Assembly: GCF_009914755.1 (NCBI RefSeq)
Contig: NC_060931.1
Direction: 5' to 3' (one strand)
Length of the DNA: 64,000 bases
Source: the human T2T-CHM13v2.0 reference genome, Homo sapiens
This document shows positions 28,226-49,129 of this stretch, piece after piece. The notes beneath the pieces were generated by a model that worked only from the letters and a program-made list of their open reading frames with translations, did not search any database and was not told the DNA's origin. A program made the translations under genes and the position numbers. Every line of letters begins with the position of its first letter. The first letter of the stretch is position 1.

Positions 28226-29420
28226 ATAGATGTTAAGTCACAAATCTATAATGAAGGCCATCATGCTACTGAAGGTTTTTTCCTTCCATGTGCGAAATTC
28301 ATTTTATGTGAAGTCTCTCATAGTCAGTCCTGTTACTCAGGACAAGAACATGTAGAAAACGGAAAATATGAAACTTTATGATTTAAAATATGAGTCTTTT
28401 ACAATCAATAAATTGTTTTGGAATAAAAATGATGAATGGCTTTTCTTTTGATAATAATCTGAAAAAGTGTTTGTATTAAATCCGGTAAGCCAGATATTTG
28501 AGTTAGTGAATTGATATTGTATGATGGAAAGTATCTGAAGCATTTTGGTTTCTTGAAAGGTTATGTTGTGAAAAATTTGTTTTGTAAGAGTAGACGTACA
28601 AAAAGCATATGCTATTGTTATTACCTAGAATCCAATAAAAGATAGCTTTTTGAAAATTATTACCACATGTGTGTAGGAGTTGCTTTTGCAGTTAGGTTAT
28701 TTTAGATACCAGAATAATTTGTTTCATATTTTAAGCATAGAAATGCCCCTTCAAATTTAGTATCCCTGTGACTCTAGCATGATATATGTTAGAAATAGCA
28801 CAGAATAAAATATCTTGGCAAATAATTGAAGTAACACATTCTATAAGCAATCTCTTGAATGAAATAAGGATATTTGCAGGAACATTGTATGTACGCGGTA
28901 TCTGTGAGGAATCTTCTCAGCTATTAAATGCAAGACTTTTGTCTTAAACCTCAAAATTTTAAAAAGCAAGAACACAAAGCAATTTGAATCACAATTCACT
29001 GGTAAATGCAATATAGCATTCTTTTCAATTTTCAATTTGTAACCTATATTTGCCTTTAAAGTATCACTTAGTTGTGTATATACAGTAACAAAAATAAGAT
29101 TTTCTTTCCTACTTGTGGTCTGAGTTTATTGGATATTAAATGTTGGCAACATTCTGAAGTCATTTGAACCCAAAGGGACTTTTCAGCCTGTTGTAATAGT
29201 GGTAGCAGAAGTAATTAGTAATCATAAAGAAGGCCAATTCTTGTTTCTCATTTTGAAGAGCATGTGTTTGTTGTGGTCTGTTATTATTGATGGTTTATCA
29301 TAAACCATCTAGAATTTCAAAAAAGTTTCTTATTAGCAGTGACATGTGTTTACAAAATTGGCTTGTCCAGTTTAGAAGTATAATCTTTGCCTTAACTATT
29401 GCATTTTTTTTTTTTGTAAA

Positions 29421-29764
29421 CACTCATCCCTTAGTATGTGTGGGAGATTGGTTACAGGAATTCCTGCAGATCCAAAACCTATGAATACTAAAGTCTCTTA
29501 TATAAAGTGGCATAGTGTTTGCTTATAACCTATGTACATCTTCCTGTATTATTTAATGTCATCTCTAGATTATTTATAAAATTGAATACAATGTGAATGC
29601 TATGTAAATAGTTGTTATACTGTATTTTTTAGGGCATAATGACAAGAAAAAAGTCTTTGCGTGTTCAGTGCAGATGCAGCCATCTTTTTTTTTTTTTTAG
29701 TATTTTTGATCCATGGTTGGTTGAATTCATGGATGCAGAACCTATGAATATAGAGGGCTGATGG
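29421..29764. mobile_element. MER2 (TcMar-Tigger) DNA transposon relic
   Basis: Matches recalled MER2 motifs (GGATTGGTTACAGGA..., AATGCTATGTAAATAGTTGTTATACTGTATT); degenerate terminal inverted repeats. Confidence 0.8.
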
Positions 29765-30884
29765 TATTTGTTACTAATTAATTCCTCGGCTGTAGGACCT
29801 GGTAGTCATTTATTGAAATGTTGTCACTTTATACTCTCCAAAAGTGCAGTTCTAACACAAACCAATTGCTAGGTATTGTTAGCACATCTCCAAAGTGGCC
29901 TAAGTCGAAAACCAGGTGGGAGTGAAGTGACACGTGCTCATTGGTGTGTATGTGTATAGTGGGGCTGGGATTGGGATTTCATTGTGCAAATGAATAGATG
30001 TCATCTTCTGACTGGTAAAAGGCAGGTAAGCAGCATGTTGTTAGTTTGATATTCTCAGAGGCTCAGGCAGCTAGCTGAATGTATGCCTCATGAAGACATC
30101 ATTAGTAGGAAGCATAGCAATAAAGGGTCTGCAGCATCTGCTGAGAAATGTGGAATCATGTTAGGAAGGACTGGATTTGGAGGACACAGCTCATTCCAGA
30201 CCCCGCTTCTCTCTTTAGAGAACAAAATAAGGCCAGAATTAAGGGATAGACTGCCCAAAGGGTGTGAAAGCAAATTTAGAAAAAAGTTGATTTATCAAGA
30301 TTAGCCTAACTTTTCATGTAGGAGTGAAGTAGATGAGAAATTAGAAATTACAGAGTTTCTGAAATTCATTGCTTTTACTGGAGTGTACTAACATGTTATC
30401 ATTGCTAAGGTGTCTGTTCAGAAGATCTGGTTATTCACTAACGGTCTGATGTTTGGCAGCTTGTGTTTGTAGAGGTATAGGAGAGCACTATCCATCACAG
30501 TTCTGTACCTAGGATTTGTATTTCCCTACTGAACTTTGTACCATAATGATTCTCCATCTCAGTCAGTTGACAGCTTACTTAAATGATTGTGGCAGTTTTC
30601 AAGAGATGAATAGATCTCTCCTTGGAATTTTGAAAATGCAAACCCACATCAGTACTTTATGAACAGTGTTTTAAAAATAGACTTTGTACTTATTGTTCCT
30701 CAATCCTGACGTAGCTTCTATGGGGCAAATGAGAAGACTCCACCTCTCACTTATGGCCTCTTAGGAGCCACCAACTATACACATATGAAAGAAAATGAAG
30801 CATTTTTAAAGCAACGTAAAAACAAATATTATATCAATTGGTATAGATTGTATTTTTAAGTACCAGTTGCTTTTTGGCACAAGG

Positions 30885-31170
30885 AAAGAATATGGACTTT
30901 GGAATCAGAGTGAGCTTGGTTCATTTATTAGTTATGAAATTTTGAGCCAATCTGTCACTTCTCTGAGCCTGAGTTTTCTCATCTGCAAAATGTAGGTGAC
31001 AGTAATGAGGGCTTAGATCTATGGTTCTCAGTCTTGATGACATTAGAATCACTGGAGTAGGGGGTCTTTAAATAAAACTGATGCCTGGATTGCAGGAGGA
31101 TTACATAGAAGTAGTTAAAAGAAGATTCTTAGGTGATTCTAATATGCAATAGGATTGAGAATCACTAGCC
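30885..31170. mobile_element. MIR fragment followed by a MER5-like hAT relic
   Basis: CTTCTCTGAGCCTGAGTTTTCTCATCTGCAAAATG (MIR); TGGTTCTCA...ATTAGAATCAC...GGTGATTCTAATATGCA...TTGAGAATCACT (MER5-like). Confidence 0.65.
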
Positions 31171-31183
31171 TAGACTAAGGTAG

Positions 31184-31333
31184 TGGTGAATGAACCCAAG
31201 GTTTCCAACACTTCAAATTATAACACGTTTGAGTGAAGGATGGACCCAAGATTTCCAAGACTTCAAATTATAACACGTTTGACTGGTGAATGAACCCAAG
31301 ATTTCCAAGACTTTGAATTATAACACATTTGAG
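31184..31333. repeat. Three-copy 50-bp tandem repeat
   Basis: Units at 31184, 31234 and 31284 share ACCCAAGRTTTCCAASACTTYRAATTATAACACRTTTGA. Confidence 0.93.
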
Positions 31334-32396
31334 CTAGAAGTAGTTTAACTGCTTCATTTTAGAAATGAGGAAACTCAAGAAGCAAGTACATAAATTGATT
31401 TGGTGACTTTTTATATAGGGGCATGAAGCAGAAAAAGAATTATTGTTATTCTTTGGAACAGAGGTGATGGGTTAATTATAGTGATATTATAAGAAATAAG
31501 AAGGTAGGAAAAGGGACCAGGTTTTTGAGAAAGAAAAGCTTGGTTTCCAGCCTGTTGAATGTATGGTGACCGAGGTACATAGATGGAAATAAATGTATAT
31601 GAAAGTCCCTTTTAAACTGAAAATACTCATACTCATGTAAGTTAATATAATTCAAGTGGAAATACTTAGAAGGATCCGGCCATGTGGTATTGGAGGTTAC
31701 AGACTAGGGGTTAGGCTGGCACCTGTCAGTGCAGAATTAGTAGCTAATATAGCATTGAATTCTCAGGGAGTTAGTGGAGCATGGGAAGAAGAAAGGTCTG
31801 AGTAGAATATTTAGGGATTCTCATAATTAGGAGGCAGGATGAAGAGATCTTAAAAGAAACTAGAGAAGGTAGAGAAGCAAGAGAGTTAAGTCCAGTGGCA
31901 TCGGAGCCAAAAAAGGGGCACATATCACAACAAATATCTGTGTGTCTGCAAGACCTGTACTTTCCAGTGTCTGCTGGGTATCACCTTAGTGTTGAGTAGC
32001 TGTCTCAAAATCCAAGCTTGCTTGCCTTGCCTCCTCAATCACCCCACAAAATTCAGCCCTCCTCCTACAGTGTGTTTAATCTTGATAGATGGCTTCATAC
32101 CCAGCTTTCCCAGGCTAACACTTAGGAATCATCTTTGATTTCTTTCTGTCATTGTTTTTCTACATTTAATCGTCATGTAGTATTATTTTTTCTATCTTTG
32201 TCTTGTTTTTTCTGTTCATTGTCATTACACTATTTCTACTAATTCCAAAGCCTACTATATAGATTTTTAAAAAAAACACACTTGTTGGAAATGTTATAAT
32301 TTCTTCTATGTTGGAAGTGAAACCATGGTCATTATGTGTATAACAATTCACTCATTCTGGGCAAGAGCCAAAACACATCCAGATGGGCCATGGATA

Positions 32397-32716
32397 GGAT
32401 GACAATATAATATTCATCCAAATTGGGATATTTCTGAGAGTAAAAGGGGATTCTGTTAATAATTTTACCAGGATAACAGGCATTAAAAGGGACTGCCTTG
32501 TGCAACCAGGATATATGGCTATACTAGCTCCCTGGTTCCCAACTGGGAGCAGTTCCCTACCCCAGGGGACATTTGGCAATGCCTGGGGACATTTTTGAAT
32601 GTCATAACCGGAGCAGGAAGTGTTGTTTGTTTTTTGTATTTACTGGTAGAGGCCTGGAATGCTGCTAAACATCCTGTGATACATGAGACAGTCCCCACAA
32701 GAAAGACTTATTTGGC
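32397..32716. mobile_element. MER94-like (hAT-Blackjack) element followed by a MER20 fragment
   Basis: AGGATGACAATATAAT...GAGAGTAAAAGGGG (MER94-like); CCCCAGGGGACATTTGGCAATG...GCTGCTAAACATCCT (MER20). Confidence 0.7.
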
Positions 32717-32724
32717 TTTTTGCA

Positions 32725-33290
32725 TTTAATTAATTCAGCAAGTGCTTATTTAACCCCCTTCTCTATGCCAGCCACTGTGCTAGATTCTGGGGATATATTC
32801 ATGAGCAAAGCAGTCATGGTCACTGAATTCATGGAACTTGTAGTGGGAGAGACCAAGATTAAATATATAATTGCTCAAATAAACATATCATTCCAACAGT
32901 GAGAAGTACTGTGAAGGAATAGTAGCTGGCACTTTGGGAGCATATAACAGGGGACCTGGCCTAGAATGTGAAGTGAGGGAAAGTTTTTCTGACATATTGA
33001 AATCCAATGGCTAAGCAGACCTGAACCAGACAAAGATCCTTTCTAAGAAGAGGTGAGGAAGAGTGTACCAGGTGCCAAAGGGGCATGGAAGATGACCACT
33101 TCAGATAAGTGGAAGAGGGCCAGAGTGGTAGAGGGACTTAGGGTAGGGGATGGGAGGTAGGTGATGAGAGGAGGCTGCTGAGGTGATCCAGGGGTCTGTT
33201 CAAAGGGTTTTGATTTCTAAACAGGAAACCATTGGAGGTTTCTGATCAAGGGAATGATCAGATTTGCATTTTATAGAAGGCTGCATTTCT
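32725..33290 (-). mobile_element. L2 fragment
   Basis: ATTCAGCAAGTGCTTATT...TATGCCAGCCACTGTGCTAGATTCTGGGGATA resembles the antisense L2 3' end. Confidence 0.65.
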
Positions 33291-33427
33291 GAAATATTAT
33301 CTAATTGTGTCACTACCTTTTTTACTATCTTGCTTTAAAGAGACTGAGTGCTCACAGCATTTGAGATCTGTCCTAGCTAGACCCATTTGCATTTGTGACT
33401 TATCTCTCACTCTGTATATTCTTCTCA

Positions 33428-33821
<394 letters not shown>

Positions 33822-34948
33822 TTAATCTAAATTGTAAGAAACCTGCTTTCCCCCATATGGCATATTAAAAGCAATTTTAATTTTGAAAGAAAAATAGTTC
33901 ATCCAAGAAACATTTGCATTTTGTAATACAAGGTTTCTTGCCAATGCTTTAGCCACACTGCACTTGCAATGACATACAATTGTGTACCCTTAAACCTCTG
34001 TTCCTGCTGCTCCTCCACCAGAAATACCTTTTTTCTGTCCACCATTTTTTTGATTACATTCTACTTGTTTTTCAAATCCTCCATGAAACCTTTCTTGGTT
34101 TCACAAGATTAACATTTTATAATGTTCTTTTCTGTGTTATGACTGAATTTTGTGCATCCATGATATTATTTAGCACATAGCGTCTTGTGTTAGCTAGAGC
34201 GGGATATAGGCATCTGTCTTCCTTAGTGACTGGAAATGAATATACTTCTGTAACCTTTATGACATGATGACATGTAATAGTGTTGCATTAAAAATATTGT
34301 TTTTAACACAGCATCGTGTAGCTGCGCAGTGAATGCTTATTGAATGAGGGAATGGGAGGGGTGTGATTAATATTTTCAAATGCCGCATAGATATTGAGGA
34401 GGACTGAGAAAATATATTGATTTCCTCCACTGGAGTCTTTCCATAGCTTCTCATTGGTAGTGGGGTAAGGCCTACAACATCTTGCCAGACATTCAAAGGC
34501 CTTATGCACCTTTCATTTTTATCATAATTTTTCCATTTCAAGCCTCTTGGGGAGAAATAGACTTCTCTGGCTGGTAGGAACACATGTATTTTAATATTAT
34601 GCTTGTGCTGTTCCACTTTTTCAGAATGACCTCCCTAGCCTTAACACCTTTACAAATTATACTTGTTCTTCTGGGTTCAATTTGACTCTTAATTTATCTG
34701 CTTAATTTTCCTTCATAGCACCTGTCATCTTTGAATGTACTACATTTATTTCTTTTGTTCATTATTTTTCTCACCCCTCTAAAATTTGAATGAACTTTTT
34801 CAGGACAGAGATTTTTGGGTTGTTTCTTCATTTATAGTCTAATTCTGAGAACTATGCTTGAAACATCATTGGTATTCAATATGTATTTTTTAAATGAGTG
34901 GTTCTGGCCTTAGTAAAATACTTTTCTATAAATGTGCTGTACTCTGTG

Positions 34949-34982
<34 letters not shown>
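34949..34982. repeat. (TG)n microsatellite
   Basis: About 14 TG units then GCGC. Confidence 0.95.
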
Positions 34983-34983
<1 letters not shown>

Positions 34984-36171
34984 CAGGCACGTATTTGTAT
35001 TTGTGTGCTTTGTGGATAACACTTTGTTGAAATGCCCTACTTCTTCCCTTATTGAATTCTTGCTTAGGTCATTTCTTCTAGGAAGCATTCTTTTCCCTCA
35101 CTGTCTGATTTTTTTGGTCTTCTCCTTTGTTTATTTATCTTATATATCTCTATATTACTCTCTTTACTTTTAAGTTCCTTGAGGGGAATGACCAGTGTAA
35201 CTTGCCCATCTTTAGCCTCTAGCGTGGTGCCTGAACATTGTAGGTGCTAAATAAATATTTTTTCATTAATGAAAGAAGTTGCGTCAAATATTTATAAACA
35301 TATTTTGCTTCTGGAGTACGAAATAGGCACGTCTGAAAGTTACATCATTTTCTTTTTTTCTGGTTAGCAATTGTTTAGTCTGTGAACATAATTAGATTTA
35401 ACAGTCTTGTGTTGACTTTCTAGTAAGTCTAATAAGAGTTAGTTTCAAAAGAACAGGGTAACCTCTGAGTTCTTGATACACAAACATTTCTTTACTACAA
35501 AAGGTATTTTGTTCAGTCTCCCTTCTATAACCTCTGTAATTTTTGCAGTTTTCGGTGACAACTTCTTTTTGTGCAGAATTCTTGCTGCTTTGATATCTTT
35601 GAAGGCTGGCCTTGGCTCCTCCATTTTACTTGTCCTTTTCTTGGGCATTTTAATTACCATGTCCCTCTCATTAAGTAATCCAGCTCTTGATTATTGAGGC
35701 TAATGGTGAATAGCAATAACAACTGAAAGCCATTTACATAAACCTCAAATTGCACCTTAAAAATTATTTAAAAATGTCTACTCTTGAGAAGTCAGCATGG
35801 CATAGAGAGCAAAACATACCTCAGTATAAATCAGGAAACTGAGGTTCTAGGTTTGATTCTTCCTGGCTCCTGGGTTTTTGTGTTCAGAATGAGCTGTGTA
35901 TGTGGAAATGTATTATTACGAAGCTTTTCCTGAAAGATGGTTATGTAAGAAAGGACCAACAAGACATGATTATTTTTAAAAATAGCAAAAGTAGCTCCCC
36001 AGCACATATTTGCTAAACATATGCAGGTAATTTGCTAAATGCTTGACTTATTTCCAGGAAGGGGTTAATACAGTGGAAAATTCTGGCCTAGAATCATGTC
36101 TTCTTTTATGTGTTAGGTAAGGACTTCAATATCTAATTTTAATTTCCTTTCTTTTTTTTTTTTTCTTACAG

Positions 36172-36223
36172 ATTTTCTTTATGGAAGCATTTGTTGCCTC
36201 GATCTTCCACTTTAGAAAAATGA
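36172..36223 (+). CDS. BBS9: Candidate BBS9 alternative terminal exon, coding part: (Q)FSLWKHLLPRSSTLEK-stop; 3' UTR to ~36490
   Basis: CTAAT branch-like motif (36133-36137), ~25-nt pyrimidine tract, CAG acceptor (36169-36171). Open in the same phase as the 58354 exon until TGA at 36221-36223. ATTAAA at 36464-36469 is followed by a GU/U-rich downstream element. Confidence 0.65.
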
Positions 36224-36463
36224 AGTTTCTCCTTTTCTTTGGGAGAGGATATATCTGAATACTTGCCTTCTTGGCATTTATACATTCAAAGCTCAGTGCT
36301 AGATTAGAGCTATTATTTGCATAGTCTTTTGGTATTGCCCACTTTTGGCATTACCATATTATTTGACAATTAGAAGGAATAGGGAAGGAATATTACATGA
36401 CTGTAAAAGAGTTGGTTATATTTTATGTTGACTTCAAGGGTTCCATTTGAACTATTATGGGCA

Positions 36464-36530
36464 ATTAAAGAGTTTTACATTTCTTTGTTAGTTGATTGGT
36501 ATCTGGAGTGTTGTAGTGTGTTTGTATTTG
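36464..36530 (+). terminator. Intronic polyadenylation signal (ATTAAA plus GU-rich downstream element)
   Basis: ATTAAA at 36464, then TTCTTTGTTAGTTGATTGG...GTGTTGTAGTGTGTTTGTATTTG about 15-60 nt downstream. Confidence 0.55.
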
Positions 36531-36859
36531 CTTATAAATAAGTATTATAGATAAAGATAAACTTCATAAAGAGTGGATATTTTGGGGAAAATTTCATGTG
36601 GATAATGTCATCCTGTCTGGCATTGACATACACAAATTCAATCTCACATAGTCTTTGCCTTGAGAGAGCGTACAGTCTATTCAAAGTTGACACACATGCA
36701 CAAAAATGCAATAACATTTTATAGATGCTATTATAGAAAAACTATTTTGTGGGGATAGTGAGGTTATAAAGGTAGGAGTGATGTATTTTATCTGAAGATA
36801 GTAAGACTGGCTTTGGGAGAGAGAATTTTTAAAAGAGGAGTGGGTATTTGCTAGGTTGA

Positions 36860-37509
36860 TTGTGCCAATTAGCTTTGCTGTGTAACAAACCATCACAAAT
36901 GTAGTAGCTTACAACAATGATTTATTTAGGTCATGATTCTATGGGTTAATTTTGGGCTGGACTTAGTTGGATGATTTTTCTGCTCTTGGCTGGTGTATTG
37001 GTTTCCTAGGGCTGCTGTAACAAATTACAACGAAGTTGGTGACTTAAAACAACAGAAATTTATTCTCTCACGGTTCTGGAGGACAGACTCCAAAATCAAG
37101 GTGTCAACAGGGCTGGTTTCCTCTGAAGGCTGTCAGGGAGAATCTGTTCCATGCCTCTCTCTTAGTCTTTGCTAGCTGCTGGCAACCCTTGGTGTTCCTT
37201 GGCTAGTAGACTCATCATTGCAGTCTCTTCCTCTGTCTTCACAAGGCTCTCTCCCCTGTGTTTCTCTGTCTTTTCCTTTTCTGTCTCTTACAAGGATACA
37301 CATCATTGGATTTACAGCTTGTCTTAATTCGGAATGATCTCATCATTCTCTTACCCAAAGCAAGCCACAAAGTCAGTCCAGATTCAAGGAGCGGAGGAAT
37401 AAAATGATTCCTCCGTAATTTCCCTTGATGAAACGAGCTGTAAAGTCTCATTACAAGGACAGCGAATACCTAGAGGAGACCATTTTGGTCATATTTGCAG
37501 TCTACCACA
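36860..37509 (-). mobile_element. Nested MaLR LTRs: MLT1C/D-like (36994-~37350) inside an older MLT1-type LTR
   Basis: TGTATTGGTTTCCTAGGGCTGCTGTAACAAATTAC... interrupts a second LTR that begins GCTGTGTAACAAACCATC and ends GTCTACCACA. Confidence 0.7.
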
Positions 37510-37719
37510 CTGATAAAGAGAAATGGGGAGGATGAAGGAGAGGGTTAAATAGGGGTGGAAGAGAACATTTGTAGCATAATATAGAGTTAAAATGTTAGGC
37601 AGTCCTAGGTCATGTCAGGGTAGATTTTATGTATCATCTTTCTAGGTGTGTTGGTGGTGTCATTTTATGTGGATATATATGTGTATACATGTATTAATTT
37701 TATTTGTGATTTTTTTAAA

Positions 37720-39395
37720 CCATCAGTTTTTTTATTATGGAAAAGTTCAAATGCATACAAAGTAAATAGTATAATAAACTCCTGTGCACACAGCACTAAG
37801 CTTAAACAATTATCAACCTTCTGGTGTGCTTGCTTTTTCTATACTTCCATCTACTCTTATTTTTTATGGCTTTTTGTAAGGTAAAATTTACATACATTGA
37901 AAGATACAAACCTTAACTATGCAGTTTTGACAAATGGTTGTATCTGTCTCATCCACACGTCTCTCAAGTTATAGAACATTTCCATCACCTAGAAAGTTTC
38001 CTTGTGTGCTTTCTCTGTTAATAATCCCCTCTTGCCTGCACCCAGGTAACTGCTGTTCATATTCTCTTTTTCACAATAGGTTTAAGTTGCCTATTCTAAA
38101 ACTTTATGTAAGTGGGATCATACAGTAGGTATGTTTTAATATTTGTCTTATTTTGTTCAACGTACTATTTTTTAACATTCATCTGTGTTGTTGCATGTAA
38201 CAGTGGCAATTTATTTTTCTATTGCTGAGTAGTGTTCCATTCAATGAATATACCATAATTAAAAAATCTCTTCTGTGTAAATCTTTTTGTGGATTTATGT
38301 TTTCATTTATCTTGGCTAAATGATGAGGAGAAGATTTGCTGAGTTAAAGGGTTGTTATATATTTATTCTTTAAGAAACTGCCAAAACTTTTTGCAAAGTA
38401 GTTAGACTATTTTACATTCCTACTAGTGATATGACAGTTCTGGTTGCTCAACATCCTCTCCAACATTTAGTACTATCAGTCTTTTTAATTTAGATATTCT
38501 AATGTGTGTATGGTGCTAGCTACTTGTGATTTTAATTAGCATTTCCCTGATAACTAATGATGAGCATTTTTTTCGTGGCTTATTGGCCATTTTTATACTT
38601 CGCTCTGTGAAATGTATATTCATGTCTTTTGCCCAGTTAAATTTTTTTTTGGTTGTTATAGTAGTTCTTTATATAGAAGGACGCAAGTCCTTTGATGAAA
38701 ATTTGTTTAGTGAATATTTTCTCCCAGTCCTTGGCATGGCTATTCATTTTTTCACAGTGACTTTTGATGAGCAGAAGTTTTGAAACTTGAAGAGGTCTAG
38801 TTTATCATTTTTCCTTTAAGGTTTTTGCTTTCTGCATCCTAAGAAATCTTTATCTATTACAGGTCATCAGGATATTGTCTTATATTTTCTTTAGAGAGCT
38901 TTATAAGTTTAGCTCTTTTTTAGGTCTGTGATCCATCTCAAATTAATTTTTGTGTATAATGTGAGGCTTATTTTTTTCCAAATGGATATCCAATTGCTCC
39001 AACACTATTTATTGAAAAGACTTTCCTTTCCTCTTTGAATTACTTTGGCATCTTTGTTGAAAACCAATTGAGCATATGAGCATGGGTTTGTTTCTGGAGT
39101 CTTTATTCTGTTCCATTGATCTGTTTAGTCTCATGCCAATACCACATTGTCTTGATTACTGTATGTAGATTTATAGTGTATCTTGAGTTCACTCGTGAAA
39201 CCCCTCCATATCTATTCCTCTTTTTTCAAGGTTGTTTTGCTATTTTGGGTTTTTTTGCATTTTTGTAGAAAGTGTAGAAATCAACTTGTTACTTAAAAAA
39301 AAAAGCTGGCTGGGATTTTCATCTGGATTATGTTGCATCTGTAGATCACTGGTGAGAATCAACATCTTTTTTTTTTAACAATATTAAGTCTTTAA
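37720..39395 (-). mobile_element. Ancient L1M (L1MB/ME-type) 3' region
   Basis: Antisense L1 3' UTR and ORF2-end motifs (ATTGCTGAGTAGTGTTCCATT, TTTATTGAAAAGACTTTCCTTTC). Confidence 0.75.
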
Positions 39396-39682
39396 GGGTG
39401 TATCTTTTTAAAGCATATTTCTGTTCAAATAAAGTAGAGGCAACACCTTTTCTTCCATAAGGCTATTGGGGGATTAAATGAGATAATGTGGTTTCACCCC
39501 CTAAAGATGTTTGAGTTTGTCTCCTCTCTCTTCCCATCCATCTTGCCTGGGCTACCATCTTTTCTTTCCTGGATTTACTGTGTTAACTCTATCCAAAGTG
39601 GTCTCTTCACATTGAAATCAGAAGAGATCTTTGTCAAAGATGAATCTGATCATGTCACTCCTGTACTTAAAACCCTTGCATG

Positions 39683-40035
39683 GGCCAGGCGCAGTGGCTC
39701 ACGCCTGTAAGCTCAGCACTTTGGGAGGACAAAGAGGGCATATCACATGAAGCTAGGAACTTAAGACCAGTTTGGCCAACCTGGCGAAACCCCGTCTAAT
39801 AAAAACACAAAAATTAGCTGGGGATGGTGGTGTGTCCATCTGTAATTCCAGCTACTTGCGAGGCTTAGGCATGAGAATTGCTTGAACCCAGGAGGCAGAA
39901 GTTGCAGTGAGTCGAGATCACACCACTGCACTCCAGCCTGGGCAACAGAGCAAGACTGTCTCAAACAAAACAATACAAAACAGAACAAAACAAAACTCTG
40001 TCTCAAACAAAACAAAACAAGATAACAAAAGCAAA
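39683..40035 (+). mobile_element. AluS-like with (CAAAA)n tail, inserted in an L2-like relic
   Basis: Alu dimer; TSD-like AAAACCCTTGCAT / AAAACCCCCTTGCAT; the tail repeats CTGTCTCAAACAAAAC. Confidence 0.9.
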
Positions 40036-40494
40036 ACCCCCTTGCATAACTTCCCATTGCTTGAAGATAAAATTCACCACCTTTAATGGAGTCTAAAGAG
40101 CCTGAATAATTTAACCTTTTGTGATTCCTTGGCCCAATCTTGACTTAATTGCCCTCTGAATTTTCTTTGCTCTTGCCACTCTTGGCTTCTTTATTTCACT
40201 GGATGTTTCATGTATTTGCTTCTTTTGGAGTCTTTACATATATTGGTCCTTCTTGAAAGAAGCTTTTACAACATTTGTCCTCTTATAGCTCTGCTCCTCC
40301 TTTCCCAAGTCTCTCTTCTTTGTATTTTGGCTTAAATGTCACTTTTTCAGACAGTGAGGTCTCTTGTAACCATTGTCCCTACCCTTCAATCCCATATTCT
40401 CACTGCCTGGTTCAAGTTCCTTTGAGATCTCTATTTATGTATCTATATCTAGTCTGGCTACTTTACTTTTTAAATAAAAATTATTATTTTTTAA

Positions 40495-41870
<1,376 letters not shown>

Positions 41871-41874
41871 GTAT

Positions 41875-49085
<7,211 letters not shown>

Positions 49086-49129
49086 TTCATTTTTTATTCT
49101 GGCAGAATAGAAAATGAAAATGAGGTGGA

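Noticed and set aside
29796-30025. Cryptic exon ending at the strong donor CAG|GTAAGC
   Set aside because: The upstream acceptor has a poor pyrimidine tract, and isolated strong donors are expected by chance in 58 kb.
31184-31333. CRISPR-like repeat array
   Set aside because: Units are head-to-tail with no unique spacers, there are no cas genes, and the context is a primate intron.
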